Shown: one piece after another, positions 48,927-57,362 of the stretch
Layout of the letters: the number at the start of each line of letters is the position of its first letter
Numbering within the stretch: the stretch's first letter is position 1
From: Thalassobaculaceae bacterium
GTDB taxonomy: Bacteria; Pseudomonadota; Alphaproteobacteria; Thalassobaculales; Thalassobaculaceae
Direction of reading: 5' to 3'
Assembly: GCA_965228875.1 (NCBI GenBank)
Contig: OZ245843.1
Location: 1,966,616-2,030,615, forward strand
Length of the DNA: 64,000 nucleotides
The notes under the pieces: model-generated
What the model saw: the letters and a program-made list of their open reading frames with translations, nothing else
What the model was told of the DNA's origin: nothing
Databases searched by the model: none
Position numbers and translations under genes: made by a program

Positions 48927-51446
48927 GTGACCAACTTCGCAGCCGCATCGGCCATTCTGGGTGGCGCCGCCGGGGGTAACGGCGGCCTGTTGGGTTCCGC
49001 CTATGGCGGCGGATCCAGCTTGTCGGCGATTGCAGCCTGGCGCAGCTACGAGCGCGATCAGGTTGCCGCGCGTGCATCTTTTGCCGAACGCGCCGACGTC
49101 AAGTCGATGATCGAGAGCTTCCAGAAGGACTCGAAGAAGCTTGAGTCGGTCGACGACCTGCTCGAGGACCGGGAAACGCTTCAGTTCGTTCTGACCGCGT
49201 TCGGGCTCGATTCCGAGATCAACAACCCGGGCAAGATCAGCAAGGTCATCGAGAGCGATCCGGACGACATCAACTCGTTCGCCAACCGCCTGGCCGACAC
49301 CCGCTTCGGCGAACTCGCGAAGTTCCTCAATACCGTCGAGTTCGGCGTCAAGAACGTCCAGCTTTCCACCAAGCAGTCGACGATCATCGACAAGTGGCTG
49401 ACCACCCAGTTCGAGCGCGATCTGGGAAGCCAGAACTCGGCCGCCCGCGATGCGTTGTTCTTCCTGCGCCGGATCAACTCGGTCAACAGCACCTTCGAGA
49501 TCCTTGGCGACAGCGCCCTGCGGGCCATCGTCACCGACGCGCTGAACCTGCCCGCCGAGATCGCCCGCCAGTCCGTCGACAAACAGGCCTCCCTGATCGA
49601 GAACGGCCTCGACCTGGACGCGCTGAAGCTGAGTTCCTCCTCCACGAGCAGCCTGTCCCGCCTGGAGCAGCTCAATGCGGATCTCAGCGCGGTGAACGCG
49701 GGCTCGGCCGCGATCAAATCGGCGACGGACTCCCTGTCGGCCATCGTCAACAAGTTGGACTCCCTGCGCACGCAGTATGCCGACATCGTCAATATCACCG
49801 ACCCGGCCGGCGTGAATGCCGACGAGATTCCCTACCAGGAAGCGGCCATTCCCGAACTGCTGCGCCAGCGCGGCCTCGTCGCCGTCTCCAACCAGGCGAC
49901 GCAGAACACCCGCATCGTCCTGGACGAACTGGACAGACTCTCCCTGAAGCTCCGCAATGCCGAGGATGAGGAGGCGTTCCAGGAACTGCAGGCGCAGTAT
50001 CTGGACTACGCCGACCGGGTTCTCGGCGACGACGGCTTCATCAACAGCGCCACCTTCTACGACCCGGCGAGCGGCCAGACCCAGAACCTGCTGCGCAATG
50101 GCACGGCCGGTGCGCTGCCGGCCGGAACCGATGCGGTCGCCGACGAGATCAACACGGAAGTCGACTCCGACGGCACCCGGGCGATCACCCGGTCGACCGA
50201 CCTGTCCGATTTTCTGACCGACCTGCAGGCGGCGCGCGACGCAGTCGACGCCGCCACCTACGCCACCCGTTCCGCCGACATCGACACCGCCGAGGCGAGC
50301 TACGACACGGCGGAAACCGCCTTCAAGTCGGCCGAATCCTTGAACGGCATCAACGTGGTCAGCATCACCAACGCGCTGAACAACACCACGTTCGCCGTCG
50401 AACTGGACACGCAGTCGCTGAGCACCGGTCTGCTGTCGATCGACGACAGCCTGGACCGCGCCACGATGATCGAGCGGGTGCTGAACGACATCCGCCAGCT
50501 TGCCAAGGACGCCCAGGAAGACGACGCCGACTTCACCGAGATCAACGCCTACTACACCGCCCGCCTGTCCGAACTGGAGAGCCTGATCGGCACCCCGGGC
50601 GAGGTCAGCGACGGCACCAATACGGTCACGCTCGACAACCTGCTGTCGGACGGCACGTTCAACTACACGGTGTTCGACACCACCGAGGCCCGGGCCGAGG
50701 GGGGCGACCTGACGACCTCGATCCGCAACCTGCTGCCGGCCTCGATCGACGACGCGGCCGCCGGCGCGGCCCTTGAGACACAGGTCGATGACGACCTGAA
50801 ACCGGCCCTGGAAACCGTCACCGATCAGCTTCAGCGCGACCGTACCGTCATTTCCTACGCGCTCGAGACGGTTGATCCGCGCGGCAGCCTCGATGCCCAG
50901 ATCCGCCAGTACCGCGTCGAACTGGACTCCATCATCGAGAACGCCGCGAGCGACGGCGAGAACCTGCTGGGCGAGTTCGCCCAGGACATCAAGGTGGCGC
51001 TCGGATCGCTCGGCAGCTCGCTGACCATCGATGCTCAGACCGCTTTCGAGACGGATTTCGGCACGGCGCTGGAGGCGTTCGACTACGTCGCCGTCAGCGC
51101 CGGCGACGACAATGCCCGCATCAGCGCCCTGAACGACGCCCTGTTCATCGCCCAGGGCGCCCTCGGGCGACTGAAGGCGGAGGACTACGCCCTCGACATC
51201 CAGAAGCAGATCGTCAACGAGGAGAAGCGGAAGATCGAGGGCGACGGCGGATCCGCCGGCGACTTCCTGAAACCGATCGAATTCACCGACGAGGCGCGCA
51301 AGTTCATTGAACGGTATCTGATCCAGAAGGACCTGGAAGCCCAGGGTTTCAGCGTCAGCCAGAACTATAACGCCGACGCCGCGCTGGCCAGTCAGATCGG
51401 TTCGATCCTGCCGCAGTCCAACGGCCTGCTGAACCTCGTGGTTTAG
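48927..51446 (+). CDS. DUF1217-domain flagellar protein with a large flagellin-like insertion (839 aa)
   Basis: DDLL.D...L.FVLTAFGL, SFANRLAD.RF, FE..LG, ALFF.R, EILGD.AL, LNLP and DKQA motifs, plus terminal KFIERYL; AGGAG RBS before the GTG. Confidence 0.8.
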   Translation: MTNFAAASAILGGAAGGNGGLLGSAYGGGSSLSAIAAWRSYERDQVAARASFAERADVKSMIESFQKDSKKLESVDDLLEDRETLQFVLTAFGLDSEINNPGKISKVIESDPDDINSFANRLADTRFGELAKFLNTVEFGVKNVQLSTKQSTIIDKWLTTQFERDLGSQNSAARDALFFLRRINSVNSTFEILGDSALRAIVTDALNLPAEIARQSVDKQASLIENGLDLDALKLSSSSTSSLSRLEQLNADLSAVNAGSAAIKSATDSLSAIVNKLDSLRTQYADIVNITDPAGVNADEIPYQEAAIPELLRQRGLVAVSNQATQNTRIVLDELDRLSLKLRNAEDEEAFQELQAQYLDYADRVLGDDGFINSATFYDPASGQTQNLLRNGTAGALPAGTDAVADEINTEVDSDGTRAITRSTDLSDFLTDLQAARDAVDAATYATRSADIDTAEASYDTAETAFKSAESLNGINVVSITNALNNTTFAVELDTQSLSTGLLSIDDSLDRATMIERVLNDIRQLAKDAQEDDADFTEINAYYTARLSELESLIGTPGEVSDGTNTVTLDNLLSDGTFNYTVFDTTEARAEGGDLTTSIRNLLPASIDDAAAGAALETQVDDDLKPALETVTDQLQRDRTVISYALETVDPRGSLDAQIRQYRVELDSIIENAASDGENLLGEFAQDIKVALGSLGSSLTIDAQTAFETDFGTALEAFDYVAVSAGDDNARISALNDALFIAQGALGRLKAEDYALDIQKQIVNEEKRKIEGDGGSAGDFLKPIEFTDEARKFIERYLIQKDLEAQGFSVSQNYNADAALASQIGSILPQSNGLLNLVV

Positions 51447-51495
51447 GAGGAAATCACGATCGGTTCGAGACGCCTGATCGTGTGAATGCGCCCTA
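51444..51495 (-). repeat. Palindromic interspersed repeat, copy 5 (module B, inverted)
   Basis: Reverse complement reads TAGGGCGCATTCACACGATCAGG...CCGATCGTGATTTCCTCCTA. Confidence 0.75.
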
Positions 51496-51522
51496 CCTTC
51501 GACAGGTCGAACCGCGCCTGTC

Positions 51523-51780
51523 TCATTCGCCGTCGAGATCGACCCGACGGGCGCATTCCTCCAGCACCCAGACCCGGATGGCGCTCGAAAGGTTTGCGGT
51601 CCGGGAACGGTCGATTTCAGTGACCAACTGGTTCACCGACTGACCGCGGGCGTCGGCGAGGACCGCCAGACGCTCCCAGAACGCCTGCTCCATCGACACG
51701 CTCGTGGCGTGGCCGGCGATCATCACCGAGCGCTTTCGCGGCGCGGCCGGGTCGACGGCATTCGGTGGTGACTCGGGCAT
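51523..51780 (-). CDS. Ribbon-helix-helix (RHH_4) DNA-binding protein
   Basis: KRSV.IAGHATSVSME..FW and NLSSAIR motifs. Confidence 0.9.
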   Translation of the reverse strand: MPESPPNAVDPAAPRKRSVMIAGHATSVSMEQAFWERLAVLADARGQSVNQLVTEIDRSRTANLSSAIRVWVLEECARRVDLDGE

Positions 51781-51809
51781 CGTACCGTCCTCTCCCTGAC
51801 GGTCGGCGG

Positions 51810-53168
51810 TTACCGACGGAAGACGGCGGCAAGCTCGATGTGGGGCGACCAGAGGAACTGGTCGATCGGCACCAGCCGCTCGAGACCGTACCCGCCGGCG
51901 ATCAGCGTCGCGGCGTCGCGGGCGAACGTCGCCGGATTGCAGGAGACGGAGACAACGGTCGGGATGGCGCTCGCCGCCAGCGCCGCCGCCTGGGCCTTCG
52001 CACCGGCCCGCGGCGGATCGAAGACCGCCAGATCGAACCCGTCGAGTTCCGCCCCCTCGAGCGGCAGCCGGAACAGGTCGCGCTGATCGGTGACCAGGCG
52101 CGCCCCGATCCCGGAGGCGTTGGCGGCGGTCCGCAGGGCCGCCACCGCCGGCCGGTCGCCGTCGATCGCCATGACGGGCCCGTCCGACACCAGCGGCAGA
52201 GCCAGCGTCCCGACGCCGGCGAACAGGTCGAGCCGTCGACCGGCACCGGTCGCCGCCGCCATCACCACGTCACGGATGGCCGCCTCTCCCGAAGCGGTCG
52301 CCTGCAGGAAGGCTCCGGGTGCGGGAGTGACGTCGGCATCGCCGAGCCGGATCGTCGCCGGGCGACGAACGGCCAGCGGTTCCGCCATCGGATCCGGATC
52401 GCCGGCAACCCGCACCGACAGTCTGGCCAGATCCTGAGCCGCGGCGAAGGCGGCCCAGGCCTCGCGCTCCGCCAAATCGGGGCTGCGCGGCAGAACCACC
52501 AGCGCATCGACCCCGGTGTCGAGCAGATTCAGCACCACATCCGCGCCCTGCCCCGCGGTCAGGGCGACACTCAGCCGGTCGCGAAACGGGTGCAGCAACG
52601 CCTCGAGCGCCGGCGCCAGCACCGGACAGGTCTCGATCGCCTCGATCCTGGTGCCGCCGCGCTCGTGAAAACCGAGCACCGTGCGATCGGCAAGCCGACG
52701 CACCGCCAGATCGGCCCGGCGGCGGGTCCCCGGTATCGCCGTCACGAGAGGCGCCATCGGCGGATCCTCGACCCCAGCGCGGGCGAGGTGCTGACGGATC
52801 TGCGCGACCTTCCAGGCCTGGTAGGATCCGTCCCGCCAGTGCTGCAGGGCGCAACCGCCGCAGGCCATGAAGTGCGGGCACGGAGGATCGACCCGGTCGT
52901 CGGCGGCGGCCAGCAGTTCGATCATGTCGGCCGCCACCCCCTCGCCCCGATCGGCCACCGGCCGCGCCAGTACGCGCTCCCCCGGCAGGGAGAAGGGCAC
53001 GAAGACCAGCCTGGCCCGTTCGTCGTAGCCGATGCGCACGGTGGCACTGCCGACACCGTCTCCACGGCCGCCGACGGTGTCGATCGACAGTTCCACCGGT
53101 GCGGCGTTGGCCGGCACCCGGCCCTTCTTCATCGGCGTCGGCCGGGATCGTTTGCGGCGAGCGGGCAT
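51810..53168 (-). CDS. rlmD: 23S rRNA m5U methyltransferase RlmD/TrmA family
   Basis: CPHFMACGGC (4Fe-4S), FLQ, DLFAGVG, DPPRAG, VSCNP and DQF.WSPHIE motifs. Confidence 0.88.
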   Translation of the reverse strand: MPARRKRSRPTPMKKGRVPANAAPVELSIDTVGGRGDGVGSATVRIGYDERARLVFVPFSLPGERVLARPVADRGEGVAADMIELLAAADDRVDPPCPHFMACGGCALQHWRDGSYQAWKVAQIRQHLARAGVEDPPMAPLVTAIPGTRRRADLAVRRLADRTVLGFHERGGTRIEAIETCPVLAPALEALLHPFRDRLSVALTAGQGADVVLNLLDTGVDALVVLPRSPDLAEREAWAAFAAAQDLARLSVRVAGDPDPMAEPLAVRRPATIRLGDADVTPAPGAFLQATASGEAAIRDVVMAAATGAGRRLDLFAGVGTLALPLVSDGPVMAIDGDRPAVAALRTAANASGIGARLVTDQRDLFRLPLEGAELDGFDLAVFDPPRAGAKAQAAALAASAIPTVVSVSCNPATFARDAATLIAGGYGLERLVPIDQFLWSPHIELAAVFRR

Positions 53169-53174
53169 GTCGGT

Positions 53175-53828
53175 TCAGGTCTTCCTTCCGCCCTTGGGGA
53201 ATCCCCGCCACTGCGGGGCGGCGTGCCGGGTCACATAGTCGGGCAGCATGACGTTGAACGACACGCTGATCCGTTCGCGGTCGGTGCGGTTGGCGCGCAC
53301 GCTGTGGCGCAGCCAGGAGGGGAACAGCAGCATTCGGCCCGGTTTCACCTCGACGCCGATCGCCGACTGGCGCTCCGCCACCGGCCGGGTGAGGATCGGC
53401 TGAATGACATGGGCCTGGGGCCGCGGATCGTGGAACACGATCTCGTCGCCCTCCCCCAGGGTCTGGACGTAGTAGACGCCGGAGATCAGGTTGTTCGGGT
53501 GCGTGTGCGGGCGGTGGTCGCGGTCCCTCGGGCTGACATTGGCCCAGCAGCCGGTGATGATGTACTCGGGATCGTCGATGCCGAACGCCTTCAGGGCGGC
53601 CTGGATCGCCTCGTCGACGAACGGATAGACCTGTGCGAAGGCCTCGTCCTCGTGCAGGTCCTGGGTGGTCTGCCAGTTCTGGCCCGGAGCGAGTTCGGGG
53701 CGGGGCGTCAGCCACGCGTCGATGTGGCGCTTCAGGTCCTCGTTGACCCGATCCGCCTCCTCGGGCGGCAGGTCGAATCCCCAGACCGGGGTGACGAACA
53801 GCGGAATCGTTGCTGATTTGGCAAACAT
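53175..53828 (-). CDS. TIGR02466-like putative 2OG-Fe(II) oxygenase
   Basis: WAN, HTHPNNLISGVYY, DPR, FPSWLRHSV and RISVSFN motifs. Confidence 0.85.
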   Translation of the reverse strand: MFAKSATIPLFVTPVWGFDLPPEEADRVNEDLKRHIDAWLTPRPELAPGQNWQTTQDLHEDEAFAQVYPFVDEAIQAALKAFGIDDPEYIITGCWANVSPRDRDHRPHTHPNNLISGVYYVQTLGEGDEIVFHDPRPQAHVIQPILTRPVAERQSAIGVEVKPGRMLLFPSWLRHSVRANRTDRERISVSFNVMLPDYVTRHAAPQWRGFPKGGRKT

Positions 53829-53897
53829 CGGGCGGTCGCTCCCTCCTGGCCGGAATCGCCAGTGGTGTAGCCGAAGAGCGGGCGGCGGGCCAGCCCG

Positions 53898-54335
53898 TCA
53901 GCGCGGATCGGCAACCCGGCCGGGGCGGGTGACGATCCAGGCGGCCACAACGGCCATCACCGAGATGCCGGCCGCCGGGACCCAGGCGTCGCCGGGAAAG
54001 GTCGCGACCAGCAGCGCGCCGGCCAGGGACATGGCGGCGACCGCGGCGATCTTGGCCCGTGTCGGGATGACCCGGTGGCGGTGCCAGTCGCGCAGCGCGG
54101 CGCCGTAGCGCGGATGGGAGTACAGCCAGACATGCACCCGATGGGACGATCGCGAGAACGCCCAGAGCGCGATCAGCAGGAACACCGTCCCGGGCAGTCC
54201 CGGCAGGACGATTCCGACGACGCCGATCGCCAGACAGACGAACCCGACGGCCTGAAGCGCAAGTCTTGCCGGACCGCAGAGCTCCTTCGGCAGCTCGATC
54301 TCGGTAACGTCGGTGCGGGCGGGTTCCTGGCTCAT
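53898..54335 (-). CDS. ybaN: YbaN/DUF454 inner membrane protein
   Basis: GIVLPGLPGTVFLL.A...FSRSS and IPTRAK motifs; start approximate. Confidence 0.85.
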   Translation of the reverse strand: MSQEPARTDVTEIELPKELCGPARLALQAVGFVCLAIGVVGIVLPGLPGTVFLLIALWAFSRSSHRVHVWLYSHPRYGAALRDWHRHRVIPTRAKIAAVAAMSLAGALLVATFPGDAWVPAAGISVMAVVAAWIVTRPGRVADPR

Positions 54336-54382
54336 GGCGATCAAGTGTCGCATCCAGCCGTGAATACAAGGTTACCGGCAGC

Positions 54383-54721
54383 TTATCCCGCCGCCGCACC
54401 CATGACCATATGACGCAGATCGCCGCAGAGATCCGGCCGACCGCCGCAGCAGTCCTCGACGAGGAAGCGCAGCAGACTGCGGACGCCGTCTATGTCGCAG
54501 GTGTAGATCACGTTGCGGCCGCGCCGCAGGGACCGCACGAGCCCCGCCTGCTCCAGCAGTCCCAGGTGGTGGGACAGCGTCGAGGCGACCACGCCGAGTT
54601 CCTTGGAGATGCTGCCCGCAGGCAGCCCCACCGGGCCGGCACGGACCAGCAGCCTGAAGACACTCAGCCGGGTTTCCTGGGCCAGCGCCGAGAGCGCGGC
54701 CACAACACGAGACGTTTCCAT
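54383..54721 (-). CDS. ArsR/SmtB family regulator with C-terminal CC-x6-C site
   Basis: ALAQETRL.VFRLL, STLSHHL and EDCCGGRPDLC motifs. Confidence 0.9.
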   Translation of the reverse strand: METSRVVAALSALAQETRLSVFRLLVRAGPVGLPAGSISKELGVVASTLSHHLGLLEQAGLVRSLRRGRNVIYTCDIDGVRSLLRFLVEDCCGGRPDLCGDLRHMVMGAAAG

Positions 54722-54835
54722 GGCGCCACACTCCTGAAAAGTCGTGACGCTTGTGATGCAGTTTGATTACGCTTTTATGAAAATCCGAACCCGCGCTGCT
54801 GTCAGCCGTTCGCCCGATTCCACAGCCGCTCGCGA

Positions 54836-55819
54836 TCAGTCCCCGGGGCGGAGCAGCACCTTTCCGGCGCGTCCGTAGCCACCGGCATGGCGCATGGCCG
54901 CCTCGATCTCCTCCAGCGGGTACCGCGCCTCCACCGGCACCGCCAGCGTGCCGTCCTGAATGCGCCCGGCCAGTGACTGATACATCGCGGCGATGTCCTC
55001 GTAGGCCATGCCCGAGGCGACCTTGGCGAGCCAGAATCCGGTCAGGCTGATGCCCTTGAAGACAAGGTGATCGGCGGTTATCTCGCACGGCCGGCCCGAA
55101 AGCAGGCCGTAATTGACGATCACTCCACCCGGCGCCAGGCAGTCGGCCAGCCGGGCGACCAGCGGCCCGGCCACGGCATCGACCGCCAGCTTGATCTCGG
55201 CCCCGCCGGTGGCGTCGCGCACGTGCTGCACCAGGTCGTCGCCGTCGACCACCACCACGTCGGCGCCCTGATCCATCAGCGGCTCGATCAGCTCGGGACG
55301 GCGCACCACGTTGACAGTGCGGATGCCGGCAGCCGCGGCGAGACGGATCAGGTTGATGCCGACACCGGAATTGGCGGCGTCCTGGATCACCCAGTCGCCG
55401 GGCGCCAGGTCGACATAGTCCTCCAGCATTCGGTAGGCGGTGGCGCCGTTGACCTTCAGCATGGCCGCCTGCTCGACGTCGATATCGGCCGGCAACTTGA
55501 CCGCCTGGTTGCCCTTGAGCACCACCCTGTGGGCCCAGTTGGTGCGGCCCAGGCTCAGGACCACGTCACCGGGGGCGAGATGCGCGACCTCGGAGCCGAC
55601 CGCCTCGACCGTGCCCACCCCCTCAATGCCGAGACGCGACGGCACCTCCGGCAGGGCGGCGTACTTGCCCTCGATCAGCAGCAGGTCGGCCGGGTTGATC
55701 GAACAGGCGGCGATCCGCACGACGATCTCGTCGGCGCCGGGCGTCCCCGGCTCGTCGACCTCGACGGCGCGCACCACCTCGTGCGCCGGTCCGATGGCGG
55801 TCAGTTCCGCTGCCAGCAT
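54836..55819 (-). CDS. MDR family trans-2-enoyl-thioester reductase-like protein
   Basis: INPADL..IEGKY, VNGATAY, QDAANSGVG and GFW motifs. Confidence 0.85.
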   Translation of the reverse strand: MLAAELTAIGPAHEVVRAVEVDEPGTPGADEIVVRIAACSINPADLLLIEGKYAALPEVPSRLGIEGVGTVEAVGSEVAHLAPGDVVLSLGRTNWAHRVVLKGNQAVKLPADIDVEQAAMLKVNGATAYRMLEDYVDLAPGDWVIQDAANSGVGINLIRLAAAAGIRTVNVVRRPELIEPLMDQGADVVVVDGDDLVQHVRDATGGAEIKLAVDAVAGPLVARLADCLAPGGVIVNYGLLSGRPCEITADHLVFKGISLTGFWLAKVASGMAYEDIAAMYQSLAGRIQDGTLAVPVEARYPLEEIEAAMRHAGGYGRAGKVLLRPGD

Positions 55820-55848
55820 GTTCGCTGCCCCTCCTCGGTTGCGTCCGC

Positions 55849-56415
55849 TCAGTCCAGTTCCGGTTCGGCGCCGCCGTCCAGCGGTACCTGGAAAGCGTTC
55901 AGGGTCATCGAGATCAGCGTGTAATACCCGAGGACCCCGACCAGATCGACGACTCCCCGTTCGCCCAGGACCTCGACCGCCTCGGCGTAGAGTTCGTCGG
56001 GCACCTTGCGATCGCGGTGCAGGGTGTCGGCGAAGTCGTGCACCACCCGTTCGTCGCGATGCTCGAACGGCGGGGTCCGGCGGGTCCGGATGGCCTCGAC
56101 CACCGCCTCCGACAGGCCGGCCTTCAGCGCGATGGGCTTGTGCACGGTCCACTCGAACTGCGCCGTCCAGACCCGGCCGGTGACCAGGATCGCCAATTCC
56201 GACAGACGCGGCTCCAGGCTGGAGCCGTAGCGGCAGAACGCGCCGAGCTGCTGCGCCTTGTCTGCCAGGTCCGGCGAGGTCAGCCAGATCGCCAGCGGCC
56301 CCTGCACGAGGCCACGCGGCCCCGACGCGATCTCGTCGTAGATCCGGCGCTGTTCCTCCGACAGGTCATCGCGGGGCGGCAGGGTCAGGCGCGGCGGCGG
56401 CAGGGGGGCGGGCAT
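55849..56415 (-). CDS. Carboxymuconolactone decarboxylase family protein
   Basis: GPRG..GP..WL.SP, ELAIL...W....EW..H and GYYT motifs. Confidence 0.85.
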   Translation of the reverse strand: MPAPLPPPRLTLPPRDDLSEEQRRIYDEIASGPRGLVQGPLAIWLTSPDLADKAQQLGAFCRYGSSLEPRLSELAILVTGRVWTAQFEWTVHKPIALKAGLSEAVVEAIRTRRTPPFEHRDERVVHDFADTLHRDRKVPDELYAEAVEVLGERGVVDLVGVLGYYTLISMTLNAFQVPLDGGAEPELD

Positions 56416-56461
56416 GCGGATCCTCCGGATTGGGTCTTGCTCTTGGGCGTCGCCGAACGCG

Positions 56462-57154
56462 TCAGGCGGCGGCCACCGGCTCCTCGCGGGCGATGCCGCC
56501 ATGGGCGTCGAGCAGACGGTCGAACCAAGCATGGATCGGATCGTCGTCCTCGACCAGCCGGAAGCTGGAGGTCAGCCGCGCCCACTGCATCGAGCCGAAC
56601 AGGATGTAGTCGGCATAGGTCGGTGCGGGACCACCGATGAACGGGCTGTCGCGAACCACGATGCGCACCGGCTCCAGCGCCGTGCGGAACCCGGCCACCC
56701 GTTCCTCCCGGTCGGCCTGGACCTCGGCCAGCGGCTTGCCGAACCGCTGCTCGCGCGAGCTGCGGAAATACTCCAGGCAGGTCTCGTCGACGCAGTCGAG
56801 GACGTCGGCGACGATCAGCGGACCGATCAGCGGCTGCACCATGCGGTCGACGAATCCGTTGATCGCTTTGGCCATGCCGCGGCCCTCGGGGGAGCCGAAC
56901 AGCGACGGCCGGTCGCCATAGGCGTCCTCCAGGTACTCGGCGATGGCGAAGCTGTCATGCACCACGGTCTCGCCGTCGCGAATGACCGGCACCAGCTTCT
57001 GGCCGGAGAAGCCGAGTTTGCCTTTCTCGGTGAACTTCACGAGCTCCAGCTCGTAGCCGAGCCCCTTGTGCGCCAGCGCCATCCGCGTGCGCCAGCCATA
57101 GGGGCTGAACCGCGCACCGTTCCTGCCGCAGAGATCGTAGAAGGTGATGGCCAT
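56462..57154 (-). CDS. Glutathione S-transferase, LigE/GSTFuA-like
   Basis: YDL...FSPY.WR.RMALAHKGL, LVPVI.D, DSFAIAEYLE and PTYADY motifs. Confidence 0.88.
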   Translation of the reverse strand: MAITFYDLCGRNGARFSPYGWRTRMALAHKGLGYELELVKFTEKGKLGFSGQKLVPVIRDGETVVHDSFAIAEYLEDAYGDRPSLFGSPEGRGMAKAINGFVDRMVQPLIGPLIVADVLDCVDETCLEYFRSSREQRFGKPLAEVQADREERVAGFRTALEPVRIVVRDSPFIGGPAPTYADYILFGSMQWARLTSSFRLVEDDDPIHAWFDRLLDAHGGIAREEPVAAA

Positions 57155-57227
57155 GGCGCGCTCCTCGCTAAGGGTCGAATAGAGGGAGCGGCGACGCTAG
57201 CACCGGCGCTTCGCCGACGGCAATCCG

Positions 57228-57263
57228 CAGAACCGGTGCCAGAACCGGCGCCAGGACCGGCGC
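57228..57263. repeat. 12-bp tandem repeat x3 (CAGAACCGGYGC-like)
   Basis: CAGAACCGGTGC CAGAACCGGCGC CAGGACCGGCGC. Confidence 0.85.
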
Positions 57264-57285
57264 CGCCGGTTTCCCAGCCGTATAT

Positions 57286-57342
57286 CCCCTGCCTTTCCCC
57301 GCCCCTGCTTTTCCCCGCCGCAACCTTTCCCCACCCAGCCCC
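57286..57342. repeat. C-rich ~16-bp tandem repeat x3 (CCCCTGCYTTTCCCCG); G-tract-rich on the minus strand
   Basis: CCCCTGCCTTTCCCCG CCCCTGCTTTTCCCCG CCGCAACCTTTCCCC. Confidence 0.75.
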
Positions 57343-57362
57343 AACGCGATACAGTGCGGCCC

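Noticed and set aside
17874..51495. Palindromic repeats as a CRISPR array
   Set aside because: The copies are dispersed kilobases apart, degenerate, have no spacers, and there are no cas genes.
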